From NCBI RefSeq assembly GCF_006345805.1, contig NC_043001.1, positions 72,850,001 through 72,914,000 on the forward strand: 64,000 nt of DNA, written 5' to 3'. Position 1 is the stretch's first letter, and every line of letters starts with the position of its first letter. The translations under genes and the position numbers were made by a program. The notes below the pieces were generated by a model. The model worked only from the letters and a program-made list of their open reading frames with translations, had not been told where the DNA came from and ran no database searches. Shown in pieces: positions 25,483-39,225 of the stretch. This DNA is from Octopus sinensis (Eukaryota).

Positions 25483-25650
25483 ATGGCGGAGGCCCGTACG
25501 TGTAGCTCAGGTGGAGGTCGACAACAACATGGTTGTGTGTCCTCCACCGCTGGTCCTGTTAGGGTGGGCCATTATCAAATGGAAAGGACTATTGGGAAAG
25601 GAAATTTTGCCGTCGTCAAACTGGCTACGCACATCGTTACAAAGACTAAG
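25483..25650 (+). CDS. SIK3: First coding exon of a salt-inducible kinase (AMPK-related), SIK3-like; 56 codons, phase-0 donor
   Basis: MAEART...PVRVGHYQMERTIGKGNFAVVKLATHIVTKTK matches kinase subdomain I of the SIK family; RTIGKGNFAVVK.ATH.VTK.K is closest to SIK3. Ends at AAG|GTAAGA just before the expected VAIK. Strong Kozak context AAGATGG. Confidence 0.88.
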
Positions 25651-26993
25651 GTAAGACTAGAACTTCAATCGGAATGTGTGTGTCTCTCCCTGTCAATGTT
25701 GTGTGTATATAGACATGTATATATTGTGCAACGACGGGCCGGTTCTAAACTGGGGGATCGGTCCACAATATGCACCTCGTACAAAACAGGACCCTTTCTT
25801 TGTGACCAATCACACCGTCGTTCTACCTCTGTCGGAATCTCGCCCTCTGTCCCCCTCTCGCTTTCTGGCCCTCCCTCTGGCTCCGTGTATTTCTGGGAAA
25901 CAACGGGCCGGTTTTAAAGTGGGGGACCAGTCCACTATGTGCACTATATACAAAACAGTACCCTTACTTTGTGACCAATCACCCTTGTCATCGTCTCTCC
26001 CACCCGTCATGTCATATCGATATTTACTTGTTACATTCACCTTGTTGGCTCGTTCATTAAAAACAGAAAGACACTGAAGATGTTTTATCGTAAAACTTTC
26101 CGTCTTTTTGAGACTTCTGTCTCTATTTACCTACCTACTTACTGACCATATATCTATGCATCTGTCTATATATTTATCTCTTCCTATGTATATCTATCTA
26201 TCACTGGACGTAACCTTTCGCCCAGTTAACCACTATCACCACCACCTGGTACTTTGGATATCTTTAACTAAGGCGTCCCCCTGTTGCAAAGGTTTCCGTT
26301 CCGAAGAAACTTCTGCCATTCCTCTAACTCGTCTCGGAGACTCTTAAAAAAGTCAACCTCACTGACCACATTTCTTCCTTTAATGAAGCCGCTCTATCTA
26401 TTTATCTGTCTGTCTGTCTATCTATGTGTTGAGTGCCCTTCCGTTTGTCTACTCAGTCGTGTATATGTATATATATATATATATATAACTTAACAAAATT
26501 TACCTATATATTTACCTGTGTGTGTATCTATGTATACATGTATGTATGTGTTTGTATGCCATATATCTCTGCATGTCTATTTGTATATCTATACCTCTTA
26601 GGCCTATCGATCTGTATATGTCTCCATATCTCGCTGGCTAGCTGTCAGTCTATGTCTCGGTGTAATATAAATGTCTTCACCCCTCGCAACACGAGTCTCT
26701 CCTACAAGAACATTCAAATGTCCCTCAAATCACTCTCTCTCAAAAAGGAAGGGGCCATTAAACAATGCAATACTAAATATACAAAAAAAGACGGGATGTC
26801 CAGTGATGATAGGTCTGCTCGATCACAGCTGACTTGGAGCTAAACGACTTCGGAACTATTTCAAAACTAAACATGTCATTATCAGTTACAAAACACCGTT
26901 CACTGCAATCAGAGAACTTTTTCCAGATTTTAGTGAGCTGAGGTGGACTAGTCCACGGAACAAACATTACCTCACACTTCATCTATATCTACC

Positions 26994-27026
<33 letters not shown>

Positions 27027-30000
27027 GTGCTGTGAAGTAAGTTTGCTTACCAACCACATGTTTCCGGGTTCAGTTTCACTGCGTGACTTTTTGGGCAAGT
27101 TCCTACTACTCTAGCCGCCCAAAAGTCTTGTGAGTGGATTTGGTAGACGGAATCTGAAAGGAGCCTGTCATATATATATATAGTCATGTATAACAATGTT
27201 TCAGTACACGATATCTCATGAAGAAACTTGCAAAACAAATACATAAACGTATACACACGCGTTAGTGTGTGTGTGTCCCCGCTACCGTTTGACAACTAGT
27301 GTTTGTTTGTTTACATCCCCGTCATTTAGTGGGCTGGTAAAAAAAAGAAAAACACAAAAAATTAAGTACTGGGGTCGATTCGTTCCAGCAAAACCCTTCA
27401 AAGCAGTACCCCAGCATGGCCGCAGTCCAATGGCTGAAAACAAATGAAAGATAAAAGATATTTTGTTATATATATTTATATTTGCACACAGACGCGTGTG
27501 TATGCATATATGTATATGTACTATATGTACATATTTGTATGTGAAAATATATTATTTACTTGTGTATGTGATACGAGGCCTTAAAATGCGACGTTGATGT
27601 ATGTATTATTTTCAGTGACATTAGCGATGATACTAATTATAAAGCAATAATAACTGTAAATGGGGAGGTCGAATCCAGGGTTTTGTGGTGTTTAGTATCC
27701 TGTTCGCCGGTTGTGGACATTTTAGTCTACAGCTTTTGTATCAGTTCCTATCTTGTGTAGACAATTTCTCAACCCTTACAAGCTATGAGCACCTCTATTT
27801 TTTTTTTTATTGGTGGGGGATCATCAAATATGACCATCACTCTACCGTTCTCATTTTTACTCTGTCACACACATACTAATACATACATATACAGGTTCTG
27901 TTCCACTGCGTGATACCTTGGGTAAAAGTGTCTTTGCCCCGAGCCGACCAGAGCCTTACGAATGGATTTGATAGACGGAAACTAAAAGCCCGTCGCACAC
28001 GTGTGTGTGTCTTTGTCTCCCTCCCCCATTGCTTGACAATCGGTATTGGTTTGTTTACTTCCCCATTACTACTAAACGATTTGACAAAAGTAACCGATAG
28101 AATAAGTACCAGGTTTAAAAAATAAGTACTGGGATCGAGTCATTTGACTGAAAACCCGCGGCGGTGCCTTAGCATGGTCGCCGTCCAGTGATTGAAACAA
28201 GTAAAGGATATATATGTAGGCAGAGGTACAGAATACGTACACCACCCGTTTTCGACGTAACAAAATTCCTAACCCTGACCACAGGGTGTACGTATTCTTT
28301 ACTTTCGCCACATATGTGCCCACCCTCTCGTTTGCAATTGCTCTCTCTACCTTGATTGGACGGCATGGTCTGTTCAAGTTGTTTATTGTTGTGACTTCAT
28401 AACGGTGTGTGTGTGTATAACTCGATAGCTCCAGTATGCATAATTGTTAAAACTTGGGATTGTCTTTATTTTACAAGTACTGCTTCTTTCATTAGTTTTT
28501 TTTTTTTTTTCGTATTTTAGCAAATACTACTGACTATTATTAATTTTGTTATTGTTGTTAAGGTGACACGCTGGACATAATGCTTAGCGGCATTTCGTCC
28601 GTCATTACGTTCTGAACTCAAATTCTGCCGAACTTGACTTTGCCTTTCGGGGTTGATGTAATAGGCTTCCTCCTCCCCTCAATAACTGCTGGCCCGATGC
28701 CAAAATTTGAAACCATTACTTTAGTTGTTGTCAAGGTGGTGTTTGTTCCGGCTCTTTAAGTTCTAAGCTCAGTTGCCATCGGGGTTTATGAAGTACTGAT
28801 TCCCTCCCCCAAAATTGCTGGCCTTATTCCTAAATTAGAAATTATTGTTATTGCTAGCAAAATAATTTTTTGCTAGCAGTTTACCCTTCAAAAGTATGAG
28901 CACAACACTCTCTTAGTCCCAAATATTTATTTATCTAAGCGGAGAATTCCTTGTTGTAGTTAGGTGGTCCACTTTATAATCCTCAGTAAAATATATTAGT
29001 GTCCACACGTTGCAGTTATAATTCCCCTCTCTCAAAACAACCTGGGTCACACGCACAGTGCCTGCTGTTGTAAGAGGAGGTGAGAGATAAGGAAGTACCA
29101 CTATGTTCGGTGACCCTTCTGCGGTTCGATTAAACATCAATCAGGCGATGAAGCTCATTTTCAATGACTAACGACTACTGAAGCCGCTTGGGCCTATTCA
29201 TAGCACCAGGACCTGTAGAATCTTCTGTGTTGTTTAGTTTTACACACCTTACCTTCTTTAAAATATCGTAGAGGTCGGCTTTGCCTCGCATCTGTCGAGG
29301 GTCGATAAGATCAATACGTGTCAGATACTGAGGTCGATACAATCGACTCTCTTCCTACCCCATTGTAACTCTATAGCTGTTATATTTTTTAATAATTCCG
29401 TGCAAATTTCTGCTAAGCCACCAGGTGCTCATCCACTTCCCATGTGTGTGTGTTATGGTCATTCAGATGTGTTGAACTTTGTACGATATCTCGGTTTATT
29501 ATTGGTTCTGTTTTCCTGTCTCTGGTCGGTAACAACGATCGAATCGTTCTATTCTGTGATAAAGGCGCCAGCCATGTACGTGCATACACACATATGTGTT
29601 TGTGTGTGTTCACTGTGATTTGTGGGAAAAAGTACTCATATTTTGTTTTGATCCCACACAAACCTTACTTTCTACTGAAAGACCAGCAAGAGATTGATTC
29701 AACTGAAATTATATATATATCATCATCATATATATATACGCGTACACAAGCCGTTATACTTTCTGTCCAATGTGGCGAACCAATTAGAGAAAGTCAATAT
29801 ACTAGAAATAGTAGATAATTTTCTCATATCACCTCTGCCTTAAAAGTGGAAACAACACATGTAGTCCTAAATATCCTTTGAAACGTCTGAATGGTAACAG
29901 TTCTAATTACTTCTACCTACGCCTGGTTGCTCATGGTCGACCTTGGGCTAATTACAGATTACTGTCCAATATATAAGGAAATATTGCAACTGTCGTCGTT

Positions 30001-30547
30001 TTATACACGACACGCGACTAAGGAAGCTATTTTCATTCCTTAACACCATGTCTATGTAGATTTGGATCTCGACAACAAATTTCCCACCTCTCTCATTGTA
30101 ATATATATACATACATATATATATATATAATATATATACATATATATATATATATAATATATATACGTATATATATATAATACATATACATATATATATA
30201 CATTATATATATATATAATATATATATATATAATATATACATATATATATACACATATATATATATAATATATACATATATATAGCCGGTGGCACGTAAA
30301 ATACACCAATCCGACCATGGCCGTTGCCAGCCTCGCCTGGCACCTGTGCAGGTGGCACGTAAAAAGCACCCACTACAATCACGGAGTGGTTGGCGTTAGA
30401 ATGGGCATCCAGCTGTAGAAACATTGCCAGATAAGACTGGAGCCTGGTGCAGCCTTCTGGCTTCCCAGATCCCCGGTCGAACCGTCCAACCCATGCTAGC
30501 ATGGAGAACGGACGTTAAACGATGATGATGATATATATACATATATA

Positions 30548-30647
30548 NNNNNNNNNNNNNNNNNNNNNNNNNNNNNNNNNNNNNNNNNNNNNNNNNNNNN
30601 NNNNNNNNNNNNNNNNNNNNNNNNNNNNNNNNNNNNNNNNNNNNNNN
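30548..30647. other. Assembly gap (100 N)
   Basis: Run of n. Confidence 1.
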
Positions 30648-31500
30648 GGTGTCCACCCTAGGTCCATCTGCTGTGGCGGTCTTGTGAACCGTGGGCAGTT
30701 CCATCTGCGGCCTGAGCCTGATGGAGCCAGGTTAGCTGCTGTACAATCTTTTGTGACATGCACAAAAAAGATTCCTGCTCAGCAGCTGCTCTTTCAACAA
30801 CAGTTGGTGGTTTGTGGTACGCACCACATCTGCGTACCTCCGTTTTGGGGCCGGTGATGCGTGGTCCATCCATTTCCTTCGGTGGTTGGTTTCTGTGGCA
30901 GGGTCCCGGATGTGCAAAGCGGCAGCCTGCAACTTCCTCTCCATGCGGCAGGCACCTCTCAGGTAGACCTACATACCCGTGTGCGCTGCTTGTTTCCATC
31001 CTTTTTGGCATATGGACAGGTAGGTTTGCCTCTATCCCTGGCTGCCTTGCTCCTTGGCTTTGTCTGAGTTTTAGCTTCAGTTTTCCTTCTTTTTTTGGCC
31101 TCTTCTCTCCCATGTCCATGGCTTTTGGTGCCGGTAGGAGCATCCGTACCTGGGTTCACCTCCGGGCAGGCCCTCTCGCTGGAGTTTTCTTTCCTGGGCG
31201 TCCACCAGGTGGGGGTGACCCTCCTCATCTGCGCCCGCGTCTCCATCCTTGCCATCTCTACTTGTTCGCGTTTTTCGCTGTTAAAAATGGCATCCAGTGT
31301 GTTATGTGCGATCTGACAAGTGCGTGATGAGCGTACGAACTCTTGCCTCTTCCGCTCTATTTGTGCTGACGTCCTTTTGAATCCTTTGTTCCTTAGTGCT
31401 GCCACAATTATGTTACTTGGACTTTCTCCGTCAGCGCATTGCCATCCTCGCAGGAACCACGCCAGTTCATCACGTTTCCAAGCTCTGGACTTCTTGATAT
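30648..31500 (-). mobile_element. GC-rich, frameshifted TE-like coding fragment with Myb/SANT-like N-terminus, cut by the gap
   Basis: Open frame from ~31500 reads KSRAWKRDELAWFLRGW...IVAALRNKGFKRTSAQIERKRQ, then a basic low-complexity region and RRYADVVR in another frame. Confidence 0.45.
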
Positions 31501-31824
31501 ATTATCTATCTATCTAATTATGTTAAGTTATATTCATCCAAAGTAGGGGGGTAGAGGGGGGTAATAGAGAAAGAGAGCGTCTATGTACTTAAGGAGAGAT
31601 TGGGAGCCAAGAGAGAGAGCAAGAGAGAAGAGGAAGAGGAGAGATATGTTGTCTATCTATCTATCTATCTAATTATATTAAGTATATTAATCCAATAGTG
31701 CAATAGGGGGGGTAGGGGGGTAATAGAGAAAGAGAGCGTGTCCATGCACTTAAGGGAGATTGGGAGCCAAGAGAAGAGAGAGAGCAAGAGAGAAGAGGAA
31801 GAGGAGATACTGAGTGCTGACGGA

Positions 31825-31825
31825 A

Positions 31826-31858
<33 letters not shown>

Positions 31859-32192
31859 ACATATTACGTATATATATATACACATATATACATATATATA
31901 TATATCTACACATATATACATATATATATATATATACACATATATACATACTATATATATATTACACTATATACATATATATATATATACACAATATACA
32001 ATATATATATAATACACATATATATACATATATATATATAGATACATACATATATATATATTATATATATACATACATACATATATATATATAATCTATT
32101 ATATAATACATACATATATATAATATTATATATATATTTAAACATTATATATTTTATATATATATATATATAACAGTACATATATATATATA

Positions 32193-32230
<38 letters not shown>

Positions 32231-33254
32231 TACTATATATATAATATATATACTATATATATATATATATTACATATATATACATACGTATATATATATA
32301 TTATAATATATATATGTATACATATATTATATTAATATATATACACAATATCACATACATACAATATATATAATATAATATATATATAATATATACACAT
32401 ATATACATACCTATATATATATATTACATATATATATATATATATATAACATATATACATACATATATATATCTATCAACATATATTATATATATATATC
32501 ACAATATATACATAATATATATACATATTATAATATATATATAATAGATACACCATATTATAAATATATATATATACACAATATACATATTATATATACA
32601 CATTATATACATATATATATATATACACATATACAAATAATTATATACACATATATAACATATATATATATATACACAATATATACATATATATATATAT
32701 GCACATATATACATTATATATATATTCACATATATACATATAATATATATTCACATATAATAAATATATATATATATATACACATATATACTATATATAT
32801 ATATATATACACATAATACATATATATATATATACACATATATACATATAATATATATACACATATTATAATATATATAATATATACACATATATACATA
32901 TATATATAATACACATATATACAATATATATATATACACATATATACATATATATATATATACAACATATATACATATATCTATTATATATACACATATA
33001 TACATATATTATATACACACATATATACATTATATATATACACACACATATAGATATATAATACTACACACATATATATATTATATATACACATATATAC
33101 ATAATATATATAATACACACACACATACATATATATATATACACACATAATATATATATATACACACACATATATATACACACACACATATATATATATA
33201 CACACACACCATTATATTATACTTATACACACACACACAATTATATATATTATA

Positions 33255-33285
<31 letters not shown>

Positions 33286-34085
33286 CACAAACACACATAA
33301 TATATATATATATACACACACACATATATATATTATACACACACACATATATATATATATATATACACACACTTAAATATATATATATATACACACACAC
33401 ATATATATATAGATATACACACCACTTATATATATATATATAACACACACACATATATATATATATATTACACACATATATATATATATTACACACCACA
33501 TATATTATATATATACACACGCATATATATATTAATATACACACGCATATAATATATATATACACACGACATATATATATATATACACACGCACATATAT
33601 ATATATTACACACGCACATATATATATATATATACACACACACATATATATATATATATTACACACCGCACATATATAATATATATAATACACACACGCA
33701 TATAATATATATATACACACACGCATATATATATATATACACACACATACATATATATATGACACCAAATATATACATATATAATATGCAACACACATAA
33801 TATTATATATAGATATATATATATATATATAATATTTACACACACATATATATATATATATATACACACACATATATATATATATATACACACATATATA
33901 TAATATATATATATACACACATATATAATATGTAATATATATACACAAACAATAATATATATATATTACACACAACAAGATATTATAATATATATACATA
34001 CACACACATATATAGATATATATACCACACACATTTATATAGATATATATATTACACATATATATATATATATATATACACACAC

Positions 34086-34122
<37 letters not shown>

Positions 34123-35083
34123 TATATAATGTACATATACCAATATATATGTATATGTATGTATATATATATATATATACACATATTATATATATACACA
34201 TATATATATATATACACTATATATATATATATATGTATGTATATATATAATATATAGACACATATAATGTATATGTATGTATATACATATATATACACAT
34301 ATATATTATATGTATGTATCTATATATATATACACATATATATGTATATGTATGTATATATATATATACACATATATATGTATATGTATGTATATATATA
34401 TATATATACATATATATGTATATGTATGTATATATATATATATACACATATATATGTATATGTATGTATATATATATATACACATATATATGTATATGTA
34501 TGTATATACATATATATACACATATATATGTATATGTATGTATATATATATATACACATATATATGTATATGTATGTATATACATATATATACACATATA
34601 TATGTATATGTAGTATATATATATTATACACATATGTAGAGTAATGTATGTATATAATAATATACACATATATATATGTATATGTATGTATATATATATA
34701 TATACACATTATATATATGTATATGTATGTATATATATATACACATATATATATATACACATATATATGTATATGTATGTATATATATATATATACACAT
34801 ATATATATGTATAGGTATGTATATATATATATATACACAATATTGTATATGTATTGTATATATATAATACCAACATATATGTATATGTATGTATATATAT
34901 ATATATATATACCACATATATATAGTATATGTAGTATATATTAATATATATATATACACATATAAGTATGTATATGTATGTATTATATATATATATATTA
35001 CTACATATATATATGTATATGTATGTATATATTATATACACATATATATATATGTATATGTATGTATATATATATATATACAC

Positions 35084-35115
<32 letters not shown>

Positions 35116-35175
35116 ATATATATATACACATATATATATATATATGTATGTATGTATATATATATATATACACAC
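31825..35175. repeat. Multi-kb degenerate (TA)n/(CA)n/(TATG)n microsatellite
   Basis: Directly visible, with ~28-30-bp higher-order units around 34260-34800. Confidence 0.97.
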
Positions 35176-35176
35176 A

Positions 35177-38100
35177 GATTTTCTGAGCAGGGAACACTGA
35201 CGGTGGTTGGTGGCGTGGGTATACTTATCGCTGAGAAATGGATAGATAGAGTAATTGAGGTAATCAGAGTAAGTGACAGAATACTTAAGATTAGAATAGT
35301 GCTTCATAATAGATTAGCAACCATTATATCGGCCTATGCCCCTCAGCCAGGGCTACCCGATGGACAGAAAGACAGTTTCTATGACACCCTACTGCAGACC
35401 ACCTCATTGACGAACGACAGGGACCTTCTCTTTGTGGCTGGTGATTTCAATGGGCATGTTGGACGACATGCTGGGGGCTTCCATGGCGTACATGGAGGCT
35501 ACGGTATGGTTCCCGCAACGAGGAGGGGAACCAGGCTGCTGGAGTTCTGCGATGCGAATAGTCTTATGGTCTGCAACACTAACTTCAGGAAACCAACAAG
35601 CCACCTGGTCACCTACCGATCGGGCCGGATACTAGCCAAATCGACTACATCCTTGCCAGAGAAAAAGGGAAAGATGGCTGCTTATAAATGCCAAAACCTT
35701 CCCAGGCGAAGAATGCACCCCACAACATAGACTGGTAGTTAGTGACTTTAGGATCAAGGACTAAGAGGGCGACTAGAAGACGACCAACATGGAGAAGAAG
35801 GGTCTGGAAGCTTAAAGCCCCTGCGAATGGACAGAGATTTAGAGATATGTTACTTGAAGCCTTTGACGAAGTGGAAGGGGGTATAGCTACACATGGGGTA
35901 GAAGACACAATGGACGTTTCTGAGGGACAACCTGCTGAAAGCCGCTGACCAGATCTGTGGCTGGTGCAAAGTCCCCTTAAGACCCAAAATAACATGGTGG
36001 TGGTGGAACAATATTGTGTTGACAGGGCTATTAGACAAAAGAAACAGGCTTGGAAGGCCTGGAAGAACGGTTGTAGCAGGGAAGGGTATCAGACTGCCAG
36101 AAGGGAAGCTAGGCAACAGGTCTATCTAGCCAGAGGGGAAGCAGATAAGAGAGAAAATTTGCCAATGTCTGCGCCGTGAGGATGAAAGACTTGAGGTATT
36201 TCGTGTTGCAAGACAGTGTGTGAGAGAGAATCGTGATGTGGTAGGAGAGAAATGTGTTCGCATGGAGGATGGTTCACTTGCGCTAAATGAGGATGCAAAG
36301 AGAGAAGCTTGGAGACGCCACTATGAAAGGTTACTGAATGAGGAAAATGAATGGGATAAAGAGAGTCTGCCGAATGTTGACCCTACAGAGGGACCAGCTA
36401 TCCGAGTTGATAGTTCCGTGGTAGCTAAGGCAATTAGAAGCATGAAGACAGGGAAAGCCCCAGGCCCATCAGGAATTACTGCAGAGATGCTCAAAATATC
36501 TGGCAGTGTCGGCTATAAACTAGTCACCCGTATAGTCAACCAGGTGATACACGAAGGAGTCATACCCAATGACTGGTGCAGCAGCATACTAGTCAACTGC
36601 TACAAAGGTAAAGGTGATGCCCTAGATACAAATAATTACAGAGGTATCAAGCTGTTGGATCAAGTAATGAAGGTTACGGAGAGGGTCATAGCCCAACTAA
36701 TTAGAGAGAGAGTTAGTTTAGATGAGATGCAGTTTGTGTTCGTGCCAGGGAAAAGTACCACTGATGCTATATTCCTGGTAAGGCAGCTGCAGGAGAAATA
36801 CCTAGCCAAAGATAAGCCCCTGTACTGGCTTTCGTTGACATGGAGAAAGCTTTTGATAGGGTCCCCCGATCCCTTATCTGGTGGTCAATGAGGAAACTAG
36901 GGATAGATGAATGGCTGGTGAGGACTGTGCAAGCCATGTACAGAGATGCCATAAGTAAGGTTAGGGTTGGCAACATGTACACAGAAGAATTCAAAGTAGA
37001 GGTTGGGGTCCACCAGGGTTCAGTACTCAGCCCCCTCCTATTTATCATAGTATTCCAGGCAATTACGGAGGAATTCAAGACAGGCTGTCCCTGGGAGCTC
37101 CTCTACGCTGATGACCTTGCTCTTATTGCTGAGTCACTATCAGAACTGGAGGAGAAGTTCCAGGTGTGGAAGGAGGGTTTAGAATCAAGGGGCCTTAGAG
37201 TCAACCTAGCTAAAACCAAAGTACTAATTAGTAGAAAGGTAGACAATCCACAAATATCTTCAGGAAGATGGCCCTGCTCGATCTGTAGAAAAGGTGTAGG
37301 TAGAAACTCTATAAGATGTACCCAGTGTAAGCTATGGACACATAAGAGGTGCAGCAATGTCAAAGGTAGGCTAACTGGGAAGATAGTTTTTTGTATGTGG
37401 CAGATGCTCGGGAGCATTAACCCTCCGAAAATCTGCAGAAAACAACTTCCGTCACTTTCCAGGGGAAAAACTAGAAGAGTTGATAGCTTTCTGTTTCTAG
37501 GTGACCAAGTCAGTAGTGGGGGTGGGTGGCGCTGAAAGTGTAACTGCTAGTATAAGAATAGCCTGGCAAAGTTTAGGGAGTTCTTACCTCTGCTGGTGAC
37601 TAAAGGCCTCTCGCTCAGAGTAAAAGGCAGACTGTATGATGCGTGTGTACGAACAGCCATGCTACATGGCAGCGAAACATGGGCCGTGACTGCCGAGGAC
37701 ATGCGTAAGCTCATGAGGAATGAAGCCAGTATGCTCCAATGGATGTGTAATGTCAGTGTACATACTCGACAGAGCGTTAGCACCTGAGAGAAATGTTGTA
37801 CCTAAGAAGCATCAGTTGTGGTGTGCAAGAGAGAGACGATTGCGCTGGTATGGTCATGTGGCGAGAATGGATGAAGATAGTGTGTGAGAAAGTGCCAATC
37901 CCTAGCAGTTGAGGGAACCCGTGGAAGAGGTAGACCCAGGAAACCTGGGACGAGGTGGTGAAGCACAACCTTCGACCTTTAGGCCTCACTGAGGAAATGA
38001 CCAGAGACCCCGAGACCTTTGGAAATATTCTGTACGTGAGAAGACCAGGCAGGACAAGTGAGCCCAGCCCACTTATGAATGCCTTTCCTCCCTTGGACAC

Positions 38101-38875
38101 AAAGACCGGTTGAGGCAAGCGAAGTCGATATAGAACCTCATCCGACGACAGGACCCCATGCCAACCCCCATGCTTGCGAAGACATGTTGGGGCAAGCGAA
38201 ATCGACATCGAAACCGAATTGAACCAGCCAGGATCCCTGGCCTGGTGGTACGTAAAAAGCACTATCCGACTCGTGGCCGTGGCACGTAAAATACTCCAAT
38301 GCGACCGTACGACAGGCACCCATGCCAACCCCCTTTGCTTGTGAAGACATGTGGGGCAATCGAAATCGAATTGAACCAGCCAGGATCCTTGGTCTGGTGG
38401 TACGTAAAAAGCACTATCCGACTCGTGGCCGTGGCACGTAAAATACTCCAATGCGACCGTACGACAGGCACCCATGCCAACCCCCTTTGCTTGTGAAGAC
38501 ATGTTGGGGCAAGCGAAATCGAAATCGAATTGAACCAGCCAGGATCCCTGGTCTGGTGGTACGTAAAAAGCACTATCCGACTCGTGGCCGATGCCAGCAC
38601 CGCCTCGACTGGCTTCCGTGCCGGTGGCACATAAAATACACCAATCTGACCGTGGCCGTTGCCAGCCCCGCCTGGCCACCTGTGCAGGTGGCACGTAAAA
38701 AGCACCCACTACACTCACGGAGTGGTTGGCGTTAGGAAGGGCATCCAGCTGTAGAAACATTGCCAGATTAGACTGGAGCCTGGTGCAGCCTTCTAGCTTC
38801 CCAGAACCCCGGTCGAACCGTCCAACCCATGCTAGCATGGAGAACGGACGTTAAACACGACGATGATGATGATGA
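35177..38875 (+). mobile_element. Young, nearly complete RTE LINE (EN-RT-Cys/His finger-3' UTR-(GAT)n), 5'-truncated, embedded in (TA)n
   Basis: [69 protein letters not shown]. CpGs retained. Breaks are mostly single-base indels. Confidence 0.95.
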
Positions 38876-39119
38876 TATATATATATGTATGTATATATAT
38901 ATATACACACACACATATATATATATTGTGTATATATATATATACACATATATATAATATATATGTATGTATATATATATACACATATATATATTATGTA
39001 TAATATATATACATATATATATATATATATGTATTATATATATATATACACACATATATATATATGTATGTATATATATATGTATACACATATGTATGTA
39101 TATATATATATATACACAC

Positions 39120-39152
<33 letters not shown>

Positions 39153-39191
39153 TATATATGTATGTATATATATACACATATATATATGTAT

Positions 39192-39225
<34 letters not shown>

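Noticed and set aside
25651-25917. C-terminal 88 aa of the 144-aa kinase ORF
   Set aside because: Read-through into the intron after the GTAAGA donor; kinase similarity stops there.
37777-38838. 353-aa minus-strand ORF
   Set aside because: Antisense to the repetitive LINE 3' UTR; no recognisable domain, and its length depends on the tandem triplication.
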